Assembly (NCBI GenBank): GCA_041911695.1
Contig: JAYROM010000144.1
Location: forward strand, 1,149-65,148
Length of the DNA: 64,000 bases
Direction of reading: 5' to 3'
Source of the DNA: Aeromonadaceae bacterium
Lineage (GTDB): Bacteria > Pseudomonadota > Gammaproteobacteria > Enterobacterales > Aeromonadaceae
In this document: positions 1-12,985 of the stretch, in pieces
Position numbering within the stretch: position 1 is the stretch's first letter
Layout: every line of letters starts with the position of its first letter
Notes under the pieces: generated by a model
Databases searched by the model: none
What the model was told of the DNA's origin: nothing
What the model saw: only the letters and a program-made list of their open reading frames with translations
Translations under genes and position numbers: made by a program

Positions 1-8
1 TTTGCCAT
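1..8 (-). CDS. rpsK: 30S ribosomal protein S11, first codons only (runs off window)
   Basis: ATG GCA AA.. just downstream of rpsM with a GAAGGTG RBS; canonical rpsM-rpsK order. Confidence 0.7.
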
Positions 9-25
9 TTTCTACACCTTCCCGC

Positions 26-382
26 TTACTTCTTAATCGGCTTACGAGGACCCTTACGGGTACGCGCGTTAGTCTTGGTGCGTTGACCACGAACCGGCAA
101 GCCACGGCGATGACGCAGGCCGCGGTAGCAACCGAGGTCCATCAGGCGCTTGATGTTCATGGAAATCTCACGACGCAGGTCACCTTCAACAGTGAACTTG
201 GCAACTTGCTCGCGCAGTTTTTCGATCTGAGCTTCGTCCAGATCCTTGATCTTCACATCCTCGGCAATACCTGCATCTGCGCAAATGGATTTTGCGCGGG
301 TGTTGCCAATGCCATAAATCGCAGTCAAAGCGATGACTGCATGCTTATGGTCAGGAATGTTAATGCCAGCGATACGGGCCAC
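26..382 (-). CDS. rpsM: 30S ribosomal protein S13
   Basis: GTG start, (M)[13 protein letters not shown]...[21 protein letters not shown], 118 aa, AGGAG RBS. Confidence 0.98.
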   Translation of the reverse strand: MARIAGINIPDHKHAVIALTAIYGIGNTRAKSICADAGIAEDVKIKDLDEAQIEKLREQVAKFTVEGDLRREISMNIKRLMDLGCYRGLRHRRGLPVRGQRTKTNARTRKGPRKPIKK

Positions 383-462
383 TATCCCACTCCTAAAACT
401 AAATAAATCATTGACCGCCATAAAGCCCGTTTCGGATACATGGCGGCCGTCATAGTGCACAA
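365..462 (-). promoter_or_regulatory. alpha-operon leader (S4-binding translational operator/pseudoknot region)
   Basis: Contains GTATCCGAAACGGGCTTT and AGGAGTGGGATAGTGGCCCGTA, resembling the enterobacterial alpha leader in which CGGGC pairs with GCCCG of the rpsM start. Confidence 0.7.
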
Positions 463-478
463 CAAAAGTTGGCTGGCT

Positions 479-507
479 AATTTAGCCAGCCTAACTTTTT
501 TTTTCAA
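479..507 (-). promoter_or_regulatory. alpha-operon promoter
   Basis: TTGAAA-17 nt-TAAATT, embedded in the GGCTGGCTA..TAGCCAGCC inverted repeat also found at the E. coli alpha promoter. Confidence 0.65.
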
Positions 508-525
508 GTACCAGCCGTAAATTAA

Positions 526-639
526 TTAGCCTTGACGCTGTTTATGCTTAGGCTCGCTGCAGATCACACGCACCACACCGTGACGCTTGATGATCTTGCA
601 GTTACGGCAGATGGCCTTAACGGAAGCACGAACTTTCAT
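526..639 (-). CDS. rpmJ: 50S ribosomal protein L36 (Zn-ribbon form)
   Basis: Translated by hand (too short for the ORF track): [37 protein letters not shown]. Confidence 0.97.
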   Translation of the reverse strand: MKVRASVKAICRNCKIIKRHGVVRVICSEPKHKQRQG

Positions 640-671
640 TGCTTAACTCCGCGTAACTGTGAAAACCGCTC

Positions 672-2003
672 TTATCGGCCGTAGCCTTTAAGATTGGCCT
701 TTCTCAGAACATCGCCATATTGATGAGACATCAAATGGGTCTGTACCTGAGCCATGAAGTCCATGATGACCACGACAATAATCAGCAGCGAGGTGCCGCC
801 GAAATAGAACTGGACGTTCCACATCGTCATCAAGAACTGGGGCACGAGACAGATAAAGGTAATGTACAGAGCACCTGCCAATGTCAGGCGAGTCATCACT
901 TTATCAATAAACCTCGCAGTCTGTTCCCCTGGACGAATGCCAGGGATAAACGCGCCACTCTTCTTCAGATTGTCTGCCGTCTCGCGGGGGTTAAACACCA
1001 ACGCAGTATAGAAGAAACTGAAGAAAATAATGGCCGCAGCATACAGCATTTCATAGAGCGGTTGACCGGGTTGCAGAGTCATTGAAATCTCTTGCAACAG
1101 GTTGGCCCCCCATGAATTACCCTGACCAAACCAGGAAGCGATAGTCCCCGGGAACAGGATAATGCTGGATGCGAAGATCGCAGGAATAACACCAGCCATG
1201 TTGAGCTTCAGCGGCAAGTGAGTGCTTTGTGCGGCAAACACCCGATTACCCTGTTGGCGCTTGGCGTAGTTGACAACGATACGACGCTGCCCACGTTCAA
1301 CAAACACGACAAAGTAGGTGACCGCAAACACAATCACCGCCAGCAGCAACAACAGCAGGATGTGCAATTCGCCTTGACGCGCCTGCTCAGCCGTAGCGCC
1401 AATCGCATGCGGCAGACCTGCAATGATACCGACGAAAATGATCAGCGAAATACCATTGCCGATACCGCGCTCGGTTATCTGCTCACCCAACCACATCAGG
1501 AACATGGTACCGGTGACCAAACTAACCACGGCCGTGAAATAGAAACCAAAGCCTGGGTTGGATACCAGACCCTGCATCATATTCGGCAGACCGGTGGCGA
1601 TACCGAATGCCTGAACCGTACCCAACAACAGAGTGCCATAACGAGTGTACTGGCTAATCTTGCGACGACCAGTCTCCCCTTCCTTCTTCAGCTCAGCCAA
1701 GGCCGGATGAATCACCGTCAACAGCTGGATGATGATCGATGCCGAAATGTACGGCATGATCCCCAGCGCGAAGATGGAGGCACGGGACAGGGCCCCACCA
1801 CTGAACATGTTGAACAGTTCAATGATGGTTCCCTTCTGTTGCTGGAACAATTCAGCAAGTACGGCGGCATCAATCCCAGGAATCGGCACATAGGAGCCAG
1901 CACGGAACACGATGATGGCACCGAGCACGAACAGCAGTCTGCTCTTCAGCTCGCTGAGACCACCCTGTGCACCCTTTACATCTAATCCTGGTTTCTTAGC
2001 CAT
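672..2003 (-). CDS. secY: Preprotein translocase subunit SecY
   Basis: MAKKPG..., [35 protein letters not shown] motifs; start moved to the second Met. Confidence 0.98.
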   Translation of the reverse strand: MAKKPGLDVKGAQGGLSELKSRLLFVLGAIIVFRAGSYVPIPGIDAAVLAELFQQQKGTIIELFNMFSGGALSRASIFALGIMPYISASIIIQLLTVIHPALAELKKEGETGRRKISQYTRYGTLLLGTVQAFGIATGLPNMMQGLVSNPGFGFYFTAVVSLVTGTMFLMWLGEQITERGIGNGISLIIFVGIIAGLPHAIGATAEQARQGELHILLLLLLAVIVFAVTYFVVFVERGQRRIVVNYAKRQQGNRVFAAQSTHLPLKLNMAGVIPAIFASSIILFPGTIASWFGQGNSWGANLLQEISMTLQPGQPLYEMLYAAAIIFFSFFYTALVFNPRETADNLKKSGAFIPGIRPGEQTARFIDKVMTRLTLAGALYITFICLVPQFLMTMWNVQFYFGGTSLLIIVVVIMDFMAQVQTHLMSHQYGDVLRKANLKGYGR

Positions 2004-2010
2004 GTACTTA

Positions 2011-2445
2011 TTATTCCTCGATCTTGCCGCCTGCGGCTTCAATGGCAGCACGAGCACCCTTGGTGGCAGTCAGGCCACGAACAGTTACTGCGCGCTCAAT
2101 CTTGCCAGACAGAACAACCTTGGCGAACTCGATGTTCTTATTGATCACACCGGCTTGCTTCAGGGTGTTCAGGTCGACCACGTCACCTTCAACGGTTGCA
2201 ATTTCGTGCAGACGGACTTCAGCAGTCACTGCGCCCTTACGAGAATAGAAACCGAACTTCGGCAGACGGATCTTCAACGGCATTTGACCGCCTTCAAACC
2301 CGACGCGAGTACCGCCGCTCTTACGAGAGCCGGCACCCTTGTGACCACGACCAGAGGTCTTGCCCAGGCCTGAACCGATACCACGGCCCAGACGCTTCTT
2401 TTCAGGCTTAGAACCAGCGGCCGGAGAAAGAGTGTTTAAACGCAT
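2011..2445 (-). CDS. rplO: 50S ribosomal protein L15
   Basis: [12 protein letters not shown]...[20 protein letters not shown]. Confidence 0.98.
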   Translation of the reverse strand: MRLNTLSPAAGSKPEKKRLGRGIGSGLGKTSGRGHKGAGSRKSGGTRVGFEGGQMPLKIRLPKFGFYSRKGAVTAEVRLHEIATVEGDVVDLNTLKQAGVINKNIEFAKVVLSGKIERAVTVRGLTATKGARAAIEAAGGKIEE

Positions 2446-2448
2446 GGA

Positions 2449-2631
2449 TTACTCCTCCACCTTCACCATGTAGTAAACCTGGTTGATCATACCGCGGACG
2501 CATGGAGTATCTTCCAGCTCAACGGTGTGACCAATGCGACGCAGGCCCAGGCCACGCAGAGATGCCTTGTGCTTCGGCAGACGACCGATAGCACTGCGAG
2601 TCTGAGTTACTTTTACAGTTTTATTAGCCAT
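2449..2631 (-). CDS. rpmD: 50S ribosomal protein L30
   Basis: [28 protein letters not shown]. Confidence 0.97.
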   Translation of the reverse strand: MANKTVKVTQTRSAIGRLPKHKASLRGLGLRRIGHTVELEDTPCVRGMINQVYYMVKVEE

Positions 2632-2637
2632 GGCGCA

Positions 2638-3138
2638 TTATCCCAGAATTTCATCGACTCTGAGGCCACGCTTGGCAGCGACTTGCTCAGGCGACTTCAT
2701 GTTTGCCAGAGCGTCGATGGTAGCGCGAACCACGTTCATCGGGTTGGTGGAACCGTAGGTCTTGGCCAGTACGTTGTGCACGCCAGCCACTTCCAGCACT
2801 GCACGCATCGCACCACCGGCGATGATACCAGTACCTTGAGAGGCAGGTTTCATGAACACGTTGGAACCAGCGTGGGTACCATTCACCGCGTGGTGCAGGG
2901 TACCTGCGTTCAGTTCGACCTTGGTCAGGTTGCGACGAGCTTGTTCCATTGCCTTTTGAATGGCAGCAGGAACTTCACGCGCCTTACCGTAACCGAAACC
3001 TACACGGCCGTTACCATCACCTACGACAGTCAGAGCTGTGAAGGAGAAAATACGACCACCTTTAACTACTTTAGATACACGGTTAACTGCGACGAGCTTC
3101 TCTTGCAGATCACCGGCTTGAGTTTCGACTTTAGACAT
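2638..3138 (-). CDS. rpsE: 30S ribosomal protein S5
   Basis: [26 protein letters not shown]. Confidence 0.98.
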   Translation of the reverse strand: MSKVETQAGDLQEKLVAVNRVSKVVKGGRIFSFTALTVVGDGNGRVGFGYGKAREVPAAIQKAMEQARRNLTKVELNAGTLHHAVNGTHAGSNVFMKPASQGTGIIAGGAMRAVLEVAGVHNVLAKTYGSTNPMNVVRATIDALANMKSPEQVAAKRGLRVDEILG

Positions 3139-3152
3139 TTTCGACCCCTACC

Positions 3153-3506
3153 TTAGAACTGAAGACCGGCTTCACGCGCTGCGGCAGCCAGAGCGGCTAC
3201 ACGGCCGTGGTATTGGAAACCAGAACGGTCGAAGGAAATGGTGGTGACACCCTTTGCCAACGCACGTTCAGCGATTGCCTTACCCACAACGGCAGCGGCA
3301 TCAGCGTTACCAGTGTATTTAACTTGCTCTGCGATGGCCTTCTCTACAGTAGAGGCAGAGGCCAACACTTCGGAACCGTTCGGTGCGATAACCTGCGCAT
3401 AGATATGGCGCGGAGTACGGTGAACCACCAGACGAGTCGCACCCAGTTCCTGCATCTTCTTGCGTGCTTTAGTAGCACGACGGAGACGAGCTGCTTTCTT
3501 GTCCAT
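3153..3506 (-). CDS. rplR: 50S ribosomal protein L18
   Basis: [23 protein letters not shown]. Confidence 0.98.
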   Translation of the reverse strand: MDKKAARLRRATKARKKMQELGATRLVVHRTPRHIYAQVIAPNGSEVLASASTVEKAIAEQVKYTGNADAAAVVGKAIAERALAKGVTTISFDRSGFQYHGRVAALAAAAREAGLQF

Positions 3507-3515
3507 AGTGTTACC

Positions 3516-4049
3516 TTACTTCTTCTTAGCTTCTTTAGTACGTACGACTTCATTGGCGTAACGTACACCCTTGCCCTTGTAAGGCTCTGGACGACGGTAG
3601 GAGCGGATATCCGCAGCTACTTGGCCCAACAACGCCTTATCAGCACTCTTCAGAACGATTTCAGTCTGAGTCGGGCATTCAGCAGTAACGCCTTCCGGCA
3701 GTTCGTGCTCGACCGGGTGAGAGAAGCCCAGAGAGAGGCCGACAGTCTTGCCCTTAGCTTGGGCACGATAGCCTACGCCTACCAGCTGGAGCTTGCGCTC
3801 GAAGCCAGCGGTAACACCAATGACCATGTTGTTGACCAGGGCACGAGCAGTACCGGCCTGGGCGTCAGCACCGGCAAAACCTTCGCGCGGGGCAAACTTC
3901 AGGACGTTCTCTTCCTTGGTAATCACAACACCGGCATTGATAGAACGCTTCAGAGTACCGTTCTTGCCTTTAACACTAATTTCCTGGCCATTCAGAACAA
4001 CTTCTACGCCGGCAGGAATCGCGACGGGTGCCTTAGCAACACGAGACAT
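3516..4049 (-). CDS. rplF: 50S ribosomal protein L6
   Basis: [22 protein letters not shown]. Confidence 0.98.
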   Translation of the reverse strand: MSRVAKAPVAIPAGVEVVLNGQEISVKGKNGTLKRSINAGVVITKEENVLKFAPREGFAGADAQAGTARALVNNMVIGVTAGFERKLQLVGVGYRAQAKGKTVGLSLGFSHPVEHELPEGVTAECPTQTEIVLKSADKALLGQVAADIRSYRRPEPYKGKGVRYANEVVRTKEAKKK

Positions 4050-4061
4050 TTTCCTACCTCC

Positions 4062-4454
4062 TTAGGCTACGTAGCAGATGATCTCACCGCCCATGCCAGC
4101 CTTACGGGCAGCACGGTCAGTCATCACACCTTTTGACGTGGAGACGACGGCGATACCCAGACCATTCATGATCTTCGGCAGTTCGCCACGCTTCTTGTAA
4201 ATACGCAGACCAGGACGGCTAACGCGCTGAATCAGCTCGACAACCGGCTTGCCTTGGAAATACTTCAATTCAACTTCGAGTTCGGCCTTTACGTCACCGC
4301 TTACTTTGTAGTCAGCGATGTAACCTTCTTCTTTCAGCAGCTTGGCAATCGCCACTTTCTGCTTGGAAGAAGGCATAGCAACCGAAACTTTCGCTGCGGC
4401 CTGACCGTTACGAATGCGGGTCAGCATGTCCGCGATCGGATCTTGCATGCTCAT
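4062..4454 (-). CDS. rpsH: 30S ribosomal protein S8
   Basis: [25 protein letters not shown]. Confidence 0.98.
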   Translation of the reverse strand: MSMQDPIADMLTRIRNGQAAAKVSVAMPSSKQKVAIAKLLKEEGYIADYKVSGDVKAELEVELKYFQGKPVVELIQRVSRPGLRIYKKRGELPKIMNGLGIAVVSTSKGVMTDRAARKAGMGGEIICYVA

Positions 4455-4476
4455 TTGTCTTAACTCCCGTGATCGA

Positions 4477-4782
4477 TTACCAGCTAGCCTTCTTCAGGCC
4501 AGGAATTTCGCCCTTCATCATGTGCTCACGCACCTTGATGCGGCACAGACCAAACTTGCGCAGGTATCCGTGCGGACGACCAGTGATGTTGCAACGATTA
4601 CGTTGACGAATCGGACTGGAATCACGAGGCAGTTGTTGCAGCTTGAGCACAGCTTCCCAACGCGCTTCATCAGAAGTAGCCACGTTAGAGATGATCGCCT
4701 TCAGCGCAGAACGCTTCTCGGAGAACTTTTCGACCAGTTTGGCACGCTTTACTTCTCGTGCTTTCATGGAAAGTTTTGCCAT
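4477..4782 (-). CDS. rpsN: 30S ribosomal protein S14 (long form)
   Basis: 101 aa, [30 protein letters not shown]. Confidence 0.98.
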   Translation of the reverse strand: MAKLSMKAREVKRAKLVEKFSEKRSALKAIISNVATSDEARWEAVLKLQQLPRDSSPIRQRNRCNITGRPHGYLRKFGLCRIKVREHMMKGEIPGLKKASW

Positions 4783-4793
4783 AACCCTACACC

Positions 4794-5333
4794 TTACTTA
4801 CGGAATGGGAAGTTAAAGGCAGCCAGCAGAGCACGGCCTTCCTCGTCGGACTTCGCAGTGGTCGTGATAGTGATATCCAGACCGCGAACCTTGTCGACCT
4901 TGTCGTAGTCGATTTCGGGGAAGATGATTTGCTCGCGTACGCCCATGGAGTAGTTGCCACGACCGTCAAAAGACTTCGGGCTCACACCACGGAAGTCACG
5001 GATACGCGGCATAGCGATGCAAATCAAACGCTCCAGGAACTCCCACATGCGCTCGCCGCGCAGGGTTACTTTACAACCGATCGGGTAGCCTTCACGGATC
5101 TTGAAGCCAGCAACGGACTTGCGAGCTTTGGTGATCAGCGGCTTTTGACCAGAAAGAGCAGCCAGATCAGCAACTGCATTTTCCAGAATTTTCTTATCCG
5201 CCAAGGCCTCACCGACACCCATATTCAGGGTGATCTTTTCGATCCGAGGGACTTGCATGACAGTCTTGTAGCCGAACTGAGTCATCAGTTCACCGGCTAC
5301 CTTCTGTTTGTAAATATCATGCAGTTTCGCCAT
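4794..5333 (-). CDS. rplE: 50S ribosomal protein L5
   Basis: [22 protein letters not shown]. Confidence 0.98.
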   Translation of the reverse strand: MAKLHDIYKQKVAGELMTQFGYKTVMQVPRIEKITLNMGVGEALADKKILENAVADLAALSGQKPLITKARKSVAGFKIREGYPIGCKVTLRGERMWEFLERLICIAMPRIRDFRGVSPKSFDGRGNYSMGVREQIIFPEIDYDKVDKVRGLDITITTTAKSDEEGRALLAAFNFPFRK

Positions 5334-5346
5334 CGTTAAACTCCAA

Positions 5347-5664
5347 TTACTTTACAAGTTCGCCATTGGACTTGAAGAAACGGACTTTCTTGCCGTCTTC
5401 AATCCGGAAACCAACACGATCACCCTTGCCAGTGGCCGGGTTAAAAATCGCTACGTTGGAAACGTCAATCGGTGATTCCTTGGTGACAATGCCACCAGCG
5501 ACGCCCAGAGCCGGAACCGGCTTCTGATGCTTCTTCACCAGGTTAACGCCTTCTACCACTACTTTACCGTGCTGAACCAGAACCTGCGTAACCTTGCCAC
5601 GCTTGCCCTTGTCCTTACCGGTCAAGACAATTACTTCGTCTTCGCGACGGATTTTAGCTGCCAT
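5347..5664 (-). CDS. rplX: 50S ribosomal protein L24
   Basis: [23 protein letters not shown]. Confidence 0.98.
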   Translation of the reverse strand: MAAKIRREDEVIVLTGKDKGKRGKVTQVLVQHGKVVVEGVNLVKKHQKPVPALGVAGGIVTKESPIDVSNVAIFNPATGKGDRVGFRIEDGKKVRFFKSNGELVK

Positions 5665-5676
5665 GTTTTCGACTCC

Positions 5677-6045
5677 TTACAGTACTTCTGGGGCCAGGGA
5701 GACGATCTTCATGAACTTTTCAGAACGCAATTCACGAGTCACCGGGCCAAAAATACGAGTACCGATCGGCTGATGGTTGTTATTCAACAACACAGCCGCA
5801 TTGCGATCGAAACGGATGACAGATCCATCCTGACGGCGAACGCCTTTTCTGGTGCGAACGACCACCGCATTTACTACATCACCCTTCTTCACTTTACCGC
5901 GAGGAATAGCTTCCTTAATGGAAACCTTGATGATGTCACCGATACCGGCATAGCGGCGGTGCGAACCACCCAGAACCTTAATACACATTACGCTGCGAGC
6001 GCCGGAGTTGTCGGCGACGTCCAGCATACTTTGCATTTGGATCAT
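5677..6045 (-). CDS. rplN: 50S ribosomal protein L14
   Basis: [24 protein letters not shown]; start corrected from the ORF track. Confidence 0.98.
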   Translation of the reverse strand: MIQMQSMLDVADNSGARSVMCIKVLGGSHRRYAGIGDIIKVSIKEAIPRGKVKKGDVVNAVVVRTRKGVRRQDGSVIRFDRNAAVLLNNNHQPIGTRIFGPVTRELRSEKFMKIVSLAPEVL

Positions 6046-6109
6046 GTTAGTGCTCCGCTTTACTTTACTACTTTTCCCTTTCGGGACTGGCTGCCATTGA
6101 AGGCGCGAC

Positions 6110-6139
6110 ACTATACCACAACGCTTTTCGAAGTGGTAG
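6110..6139 (-). promoter_or_regulatory. spc-operon promoter
   Basis: CTACCA..TGTGGTATAGT (extended -10) directly after the S10 terminator, the same layout as E. coli Pspc. Confidence 0.65.
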
Positions 6140-6142
6140 CCG

Positions 6143-6175
6143 AAAAAAGAAACGGCCCCCGAGAGGGCCGTCTCC
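6143..6175 (-). terminator. S10-operon intrinsic terminator
   Basis: GAGACGGCCCTCTCGGGGGCCGTTTC followed by TTTTTT after rpsQ. Confidence 0.85.
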
Positions 6176-6190
6176 ATGTTGAGAGGGCGA

Positions 6191-6439
6191 TTAAGCCTTC
6201 TCTACAACAGAAACCAGCGTCCAGGACTTGGTCTTGGACAGCGGGCGGCATTCGCGGATTTCCACGAGGTCGCCAACTTTGGATTCGTTGTTTTCATCAT
6301 GTACGTGCAGCTTGGTGGTACGCACGATAATTTTCCCGTAGATCGGGTGCTTTACCTTGCGTTCGATAGCTACAGTGATGGACTTGTCCATCTTGTCGCT
6401 AACGACACGACCCTGCAGGGTACGGATTTTATCGGTCAT
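6191..6439 (-). CDS. rpsQ: 30S ribosomal protein S17
   Basis: [29 protein letters not shown]. Confidence 0.98.
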   Translation of the reverse strand: MTDKIRTLQGRVVSDKMDKSITVAIERKVKHPIYGKIIVRTTKLHVHDENNESKVGDLVEIRECRPLSKTKSWTLVSVVEKA

Positions 6440-6630
6440 TACGCACCTGCCTTCTCGTTCAGAACAGTCTTGACGCGAGCGATGTCGCGACGTACTTGTT
6501 TCAGAGTGTGAGTCTGAGACAGCTGACCAGTACTGGCCTGGATACGCAGGTTGAACTGCTCGCGCAGCAGACCCAGCAGTTCAGCCTTCAGCTCTTCTGC
6601 GCTCTTTTGGCGAAGATCTTGTGCTTTCAT
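6439..6630 (-). CDS. rpmC: 50S ribosomal protein L29
   Basis: [20 protein letters not shown]. Confidence 0.97.
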   Translation of the reverse strand: MKAQDLRQKSAEELKAELLGLLREQFNLRIQASTGQLSQTHTLKQVRRDIARVKTVLNEKAGA

Positions 6631-7043
6631 CACATTACCGTCCGAGTTACGAAAGTGGTCTTAACTGACAGCTTGGCGGCCGCCAGAGCGAACGCTTCGC
6701 GAGCCAGGGCTTCAGGCACACCGTCCATCTCGTACAGGACCTTACCCGGCTGGATCAGAGCAACCCAGTATTCCACGTTACCCTTACCTTTACCCATACG
6801 CACTTCAAGAGGCTTCTCGGTAATCGGCTTGTCCGGGAACACACGGATCCAGATCTTACCCTGACGCTTAACGTGACGAGTCATCGCACGACGAGCGGCT
6901 TCAATCTGACGAGCAGTCAGCTGACCGCGGCTTACCGCCTTCAGACCAAAGGAACCGAAGGAAACTTCGTTGCCGGCGTTAGCCAGACCACGGTTACGGC
7001 CCTTATGGATTTTGCGGAACTTAGTACGCTTTGGTTGCAACAT
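6630..7043 (-). CDS. rplP: 50S ribosomal protein L16
   Basis: [20 protein letters not shown]. Confidence 0.98.
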   Translation of the reverse strand: MLQPKRTKFRKIHKGRNRGLANAGNEVSFGSFGLKAVSRGQLTARQIEAARRAMTRHVKRQGKIWIRVFPDKPITEKPLEVRMGKGKGNVEYWVALIQPGKVLYEMDGVPEALAREAFALAAAKLSVKTTFVTRTVM

Positions 7044-7056
7044 TTACCGAATCTCC

Positions 7057-7770
7057 TTACTTACCGCGAGGCTTGCGCTTCGGCTTGGCCGGAGCCGGTT
7101 CCTGCTGAGCAGCGGCAGCTGCTGCGGTGACCGCAGCCAGACCACCCAGAACCTCGCCCTTGAAGATCCAAACCTTGACGCCGATGACGCCGTAGGTGGT
7201 ATGTGCTTCAGAAGTCGCGTAGTCGATGTCTGCACGCAGGGTGTGCAGCGGGACGCGACCTTCACGGTACCATTCGGTACGCGCGATTTCGGCGCCGCCC
7301 AGACGGCCGCTAACTTCTACCTTGATACCCTTGGCACCCAGACGCATGGCGTTCTGTACGGCACGCTTCATAGCGCGACGGAACATAACGCGGCGTTCCA
7401 GCTGGGAGCTGATGCTGTCAGCAACCAGTTTGCCGTCGAGTTCAGGCTTACGCACTTCGGAAATGTTGATCTGTGCAGGCACGCCAGCGATGGTGGCGAT
7501 TTGCTTGCGCAGCTTTTCAACGTCTTCGCCCTTCTTGCCGATCACGATGCCCGGACGAGCGGTGTGAATGGTCACACGAATGCTCTTGGCCGGACGCTCG
7601 ATCACGATGCGGGAGACGGACGCAGCCTTCAGCTCCTTAGTCAGGTACTGACGTACCTGAAAGTCACCGTGCAGGTTGTCAGCGAAGTCCTTGGAGTTCG
7701 CGAACCAGGTGGAGTTGAAAGGCTTGGTGATACCCAAACGAATGCCGTTAGGATGTACTTTCTGACCCAT
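7057..7770 (-). CDS. rpsC: 30S ribosomal protein S3
   Basis: [27 protein letters not shown]. Confidence 0.98.
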   Translation of the reverse strand: MGQKVHPNGIRLGITKPFNSTWFANSKDFADNLHGDFQVRQYLTKELKAASVSRIVIERPAKSIRVTIHTARPGIVIGKKGEDVEKLRKQIATIAGVPAQINISEVRKPELDGKLVADSISSQLERRVMFRRAMKRAVQNAMRLGAKGIKVEVSGRLGGAEIARTEWYREGRVPLHTLRADIDYATSEAHTTYGVIGVKVWIFKGEVLGGLAAVTAAAAAAQQEPAPAKPKRKPRGK

Positions 7771-7788
7771 TGCTTATCTCCTAGCCTC

Positions 7789-8121
7789 TTAGCGGTCGGA
7801 CACTACCACAGTGATGTGGGAGGTACGCTTCAGGATACGGTCCGCGCGGCCTTTGGCACGAGGACGGATGCGCTTCATGGAAGGACCTTCGTCAACCATG
7901 ATGGTGGCAACCTTCAGCGTGTCGATGTCCGCACCTTCATTGTGCTCGGCATTAGCAATGGCAGATTCCAGGACCTTCTTAACCAGAACAGCCGCCTTAC
8001 GCGGGCTGAAGGTCAGCAGGTTCAGAGCCTTGTCAACCGGCAGTCCACGGACCTGGTCAGCAACCAGGCGAGCCTTCTGGGCCGAAGACCGGGCGAAACG
8101 GTGTTTAGCGATAGCTTCCAT
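7789..8121 (-). CDS. rplV: 50S ribosomal protein L22
   Basis: [40 protein letters not shown]. Confidence 0.98.
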   Translation of the reverse strand: MEAIAKHRFARSSAQKARLVADQVRGLPVDKALNLLTFSPRKAAVLVKKVLESAIANAEHNEGADIDTLKVATIMVDEGPSMKRIRPRAKGRADRILKRTSHITVVVSDR

Positions 8122-8131
8122 CATTTACCCC

Positions 8132-8422
<291 letters not shown>

Positions 8423-8430
8423 TTAAAGAA

Positions 8431-9252
8431 TTACTTGTTACGACGACGTACAATGTACTTGTCGGTGCGCTTGTTCTTACGAGTCTTGTAACCCTTGGAC
8501 GGCGTGCCCCAAGGAGATACCGGCTGGATACCCTTGTTGCGGCCTTCACCACCACCGTGCGGATGGTCAACCGGGTTCATCGCCATACCGCGAACGGTAG
8601 GACGAACACCGCGCCAACGAGTGGCACCGGCCTTACCCAACTGACGCAGCATGTGCTCAGAGTTACCAACTTCACCGATCGTCGCGCGGCAGTCAGCCAG
8701 CACCTTGCGCATTTCGCCAGAGCGCAGACGCAGGGTCACATAGGCACCTTCACGGGCCAGGATCTGCGCGAATGCACCAGCAGAACGGGCGATCTGTGCA
8801 CCCTTGCCCGGCTTCATTTCGATAGCGTGGACAGTGGTACCAACCGGGATGTTGCGCATCGGCAGGGCGTTACCTACCTTGATGCCAGCATCAGCGCCGG
8901 ATGCGATCTGGTCGCCAGCCTTCAGGCCCTTCGGTGCCAGGATGTAACGACGTTCGCCGTCTGCATACAGCACCAGAGCGATGTGTGCGGAACGGTTCGG
9001 ATCGTATTCCAGACGCTCAACCTTGGCCGGAATACCGTCCTTGTTGCGCTTGAAGTCAACCAGACGGTAGTGCTGCTTGTGACCACCACCGATGTGACGA
9101 GTGGTGATACGGCCGTTGTTGTTGCGACCGCCGGTCTTGCGCTGGTCTTCAACCAGAGCAGCGAACGGCTTACCCTTGTGCAGTTCCGGAGTGACGATCT
9201 TGACGACGTGACGGCGACCCGGAGAAGTAGGCTTACACTTTACGATTGCCAT
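8431..9252 (-). CDS. rplB: 50S ribosomal protein L2
   Basis: [27 protein letters not shown]. Confidence 0.98.
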   Translation of the reverse strand: MAIVKCKPTSPGRRHVVKIVTPELHKGKPFAALVEDQRKTGGRNNNGRITTRHIGGGHKQHYRLVDFKRNKDGIPAKVERLEYDPNRSAHIALVLYADGERRYILAPKGLKAGDQIASGADAGIKVGNALPMRNIPVGTTVHAIEMKPGKGAQIARSAGAFAQILAREGAYVTLRLRSGEMRKVLADCRATIGEVGNSEHMLRQLGKAGATRWRGVRPTVRGMAMNPVDHPHGGGEGRNKGIQPVSPWGTPSKGYKTRKNKRTDKYIVRRRNK

Positions 9253-9267
9253 TTATCTGGACTCCCC

Positions 9268-9573
9268 TTACTCGGCAGCGCCGCCCATGAAGTCGATGTC
9301 CTGACCCGGAACCAGAGTCACGTAGGCCTTCTTCCAATCGGAACGCTTGCCAACACGAGCACCGGTACGCTTGGTCTTGCCCATCACATTCAGGGTGCGT
9401 ACAGCTTCAACTTTAACTTCGAACAGTTTTTCAACTGCTGCCTTGATATCCGCTTTAGTTGCAGTGGTAGCAACCTTGAACACGATGGTGTTGTTCTTTT
9501 CAGCCACCATGGTGCTCTTTTCAGAGATGTGCGGAGCCTTCAGAACTTTCAGCAGACGCTCTTCACGGATCAT
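9268..9573 (-). CDS. rplW: 50S ribosomal protein L23
   Basis: [27 protein letters not shown]. Confidence 0.98.
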   Translation of the reverse strand: MIREERLLKVLKAPHISEKSTMVAEKNNTIVFKVATTATKADIKAAVEKLFEVKVEAVRTLNVMGKTKRTGARVGKRSDWKKAYVTLVPGQDIDFMGGAAE

Positions 9574-10175
9574 GCCAGCATCTCCTCGATTTGCTTCACT
9601 GCACCAGCAGTCATCAGTACCTTGTCGAAAGCGATCAAGCTGACCGGATCCAGACCAGATACGTCACGCACATCAACCTTGTACAGGTTGCGAGCGGCCA
9701 GGAACAGGTTCTCATCGACTTCCGGGGTGACGATCAGGACGTCGCTCAGTGCCATGCCTTTCAGCTTGGCAACCAGGTCCTTGGTCTTCGGTGCGTCGAT
9801 AGCGAACTGTTCAACCACAATCAGGCGATCCTGACGTACCAGCTCAGACAGAATGCTCTGCAGGGCTGCACGGTACATCTTCTTGTTCACCTTCTGGCTG
9901 TGATCCTGCGGCTTGGCCGCGAAGGTCACACCACCGGTACGCCACAGCGGGGAGCGGATGCTACCAGCGCGAGCGCGACCAGTACCCTTCTGACGCCACG
10001 GCTTCTTACCACCGCCGGACACTTCAGAACGGCTCTTCTGAGCGCGAGTACCCTGACGCGCACCATTGGCGTAGGCTACGACTACCTGATGGATCAGAGC
10101 TTCGTTGAACTCACGCCCGAAGGTAGTTTCGGAAACCTGAAGAGCGCCTTGGGCGTCTTTCATTACCAATTCCAT
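9570..10175 (-). CDS. rplD: 50S ribosomal protein L4
   Basis: [19 protein letters not shown]. Confidence 0.98.
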   Translation of the reverse strand: MELVMKDAQGALQVSETTFGREFNEALIHQVVVAYANGARQGTRAQKSRSEVSGGGKKPWRQKGTGRARAGSIRSPLWRTGGVTFAAKPQDHSQKVNKKMYRAALQSILSELVRQDRLIVVEQFAIDAPKTKDLVAKLKGMALSDVLIVTPEVDENLFLAARNLYKVDVRDVSGLDPVSLIAFDKVLMTAGAVKQIEEMLA

Positions 10176-10192
10176 TACTATCTCCTCAGACG

Positions 10193-10831
10193 TTACGCTT
10201 TAACGGCAGGTTTAACGATCAGGTTGCCGTTGGTTGCGCCTGGAACTGCGCCTTTAACCAGCAGCAGATTGCGCTCAACGTCAACACGAACCACTTCCAG
10301 GCTCTGAACGGTGACACGTTCGTTGCCCAGATGGCCGGCCATCTTCTTGCCCTTGAACACCTTACCCGGGGACTGGTTCTGACCGATGGAACCCGGTACG
10401 CGATGCGAACGGGAGTTACCGTGGGTCATGTCCTGGGTGCGGAAGTTCCAGCGCTTAACGGTGCCGGCGAAACCCTTACCCTTGGAGGTACCGGTAACGT
10501 CAACTTTCTTCACGTCGGTGAACACGCCAACGTTCAGCTCAGCACCAACAGCAATGTCAGCCACTTCGCTTTCGTTCAGGCGGAATTCCCACAAACCACG
10601 ACCGGCATCAACACCAGCCTTGGCGAAGTGACCAGCATCCGCCTTGTTCACGCGGTTGGCCTTCTTCTCGCCAGTGGTAACCTGGATGGCAACGTAGCCG
10701 TCGCTTTCCAGAGACTTAACCTGGGTCACACGGTTTGCTTCTACTTCGATAACAGTCACAGGTACGGAGACGCCGTCTTCAGTGAAGACGCGAGTCATAC
10801 CAACCTTGCGACCTACGAGACCGATTGTCAT
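10193..10831 (-). CDS. rplC: 50S ribosomal protein L3
   Basis: [27 protein letters not shown]. Confidence 0.98.
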   Translation of the reverse strand: MTIGLVGRKVGMTRVFTEDGVSVPVTVIEVEANRVTQVKSLESDGYVAIQVTTGEKKANRVNKADAGHFAKAGVDAGRGLWEFRLNESEVADIAVGAELNVGVFTDVKKVDVTGTSKGKGFAGTVKRWNFRTQDMTHGNSRSHRVPGSIGQNQSPGKVFKGKKMAGHLGNERVTVQSLEVVRVDVERNLLLVKGAVPGATNGNLIVKPAVKA

Positions 10832-10854
10832 TGTTATCAACCTCTATTCCGTAA

Positions 10855-11365
<511 letters not shown>

Positions 11366-11403
11366 GGGCAGATCACACTTTCTGCGTGTTTTTTGCACAC
11401 AGC

Positions 11404-11427
11404 AAAACGGACGCCGTAGCGTCCGTT
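11404..11427 (-). terminator. argH terminator
   Basis: AACGGACGC-TACG-GCGTCCGTT followed by TT, 3' of argH. Confidence 0.65.
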
Positions 11428-11460
11428 ACAACCATACCCGCTTCACCCCGGGTTGTTGGC

Positions 11461-12849
11461 TCAAGCTGGGTAACGGGCAGCCAGATGTGCCTGCATAAAG
11501 GCGACGGCTTCGGCAATCCGCGCTGGCGACACGCCGCCCTTCGCCACACGCTGGCCCAGGGTGGCCTGCAGTGACAGCACCGGATAGACATCCTCGCCAA
11601 TCACCGGGCTAAAACGTTGCAGTTCGGCCAGGCTCAGCCCTTCCAGCGGCTTGGCCACCCCGAGGGCATAGACCACGGTCGCACCGACAATATGGTGCGC
11701 CTCGCGGAACGGAATGCCGCGCGCCACCAGATAGTCGGCCAGCTCGGTGGCATTGGCGTAACCGCCTTCCGCCGCAGCCCGGGTGCGCTCGACATTGATG
11801 CGCAGGTCATCCAGCACCAGCGCGGCCATGTCCAGACACATCAGCCAGGTATCCAGTGCATCGAACAACCCCTCCTTGTCCTCCTGCATGTCCTTGTTAT
11901 AGGCCAGCGGCAGGGCTTTCAGGGTCATCAGCATGCCAGTCTGCGCACCAATCACCCGGCCGGTCTTGCCACGGATCAGCTCCAGTGCATCCGGGTTTTT
12001 CTTCTGCGGCATCAAGGAGGAGCCGGAGGTCACCTTGGCGGAGAGTTCGACAAAACCGGCTTCACCGGTGTTGTAGAAGATCAAGTCTTCGGCAAAGCGC
12101 GACAGATGGACCATCGACAGGCTGGCGCAGTGCATCAGTTCGACGACATGGTCGCGATCCGCCACCGAGTCCAGACTGTTCCGGGTTGCCCCGGCAAAAC
12201 CCAGATCCAGCGCCAGCGCCTCGCGGTCGATGGCATAGGCGGTACCGGCCAGCGCACCACAACCGAGTGGGCTCAAGTCCAGCCGCTTGAGGGCATCCTG
12301 CAACCGGGTGTAGTCGCGCTCCAGCATCTCGACATAGGCCAGCGCCCAGTGGCCGAAGGTGACCGGTTGCGCACGCTGCAGATGGGTGTAACCCGGCAGC
12401 ACGGTCGCCTGGTACTGGTCGGCAACCGCCACCAGCGCGCCCTGCAACCGATGCACCGCCTGCAGCAACACCTCGCCCTGCGCCTTGCACCACAGCTTCA
12501 GGTCGGTCGCCACCTGGTCGTTACGCGAACGGCCAGTATGTAATTTCTTGCCCAAATCGCCGGCTCGCTCGATGAGCTTGCCCTCGACCCAGGAGTGAAT
12601 ATCCTCAGCATCGGAGGCCAGAATCGCCTGCGGGTCGGCCTGCACTTCACAAAGCAGCCCTTCCAGTGCCTGTTGTAATTGCGCCTGCTCGGCGGCGGTC
12701 AGCACGCCGACCTTGACCAGCGCGCGCGCCCAGCCCATCGAGCCCTGGATATCCTGCTCGGCCAGCCGGTAATCGAACGGCAACGAATCATTGAACAGTT
12801 TGAACCGGTCATCCGCCGCTTCGGTAAAACGTCCGCCCCACAATGCCAT
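11461..12849 (-). CDS. argH: Argininosuccinate lyase
   Basis: [29 protein letters not shown]. Confidence 0.97.
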   Translation of the reverse strand: MALWGGRFTEAADDRFKLFNDSLPFDYRLAEQDIQGSMGWARALVKVGVLTAAEQAQLQQALEGLLCEVQADPQAILASDAEDIHSWVEGKLIERAGDLGKKLHTGRSRNDQVATDLKLWCKAQGEVLLQAVHRLQGALVAVADQYQATVLPGYTHLQRAQPVTFGHWALAYVEMLERDYTRLQDALKRLDLSPLGCGALAGTAYAIDREALALDLGFAGATRNSLDSVADRDHVVELMHCASLSMVHLSRFAEDLIFYNTGEAGFVELSAKVTSGSSLMPQKKNPDALELIRGKTGRVIGAQTGMLMTLKALPLAYNKDMQEDKEGLFDALDTWLMCLDMAALVLDDLRINVERTRAAAEGGYANATELADYLVARGIPFREAHHIVGATVVYALGVAKPLEGLSLAELQRFSPVIGEDVYPVLSLQATLGQRVAKGGVSPARIAEAVAFMQAHLAARYPA

Positions 12850-12985
12850 CTTGTCTCTCCCCCGCCGCGCACGGATGTGGTCGTGCACGGGTGTCATCAA
12901 TGTAATAACGGGGCGGTACCGGATGGTGACCGCCCCGCTGATCAGGGCCTCCTGGTCAGGTGCCCTGCTGTTGTCTACCTGACCG

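Noticed and set aside
11461-12849. Possible argH-argA (GNAT) fusion as in some marine gammaproteobacteria
   Set aside because: Protein ends at 462 aa with no acetyltransferase domain
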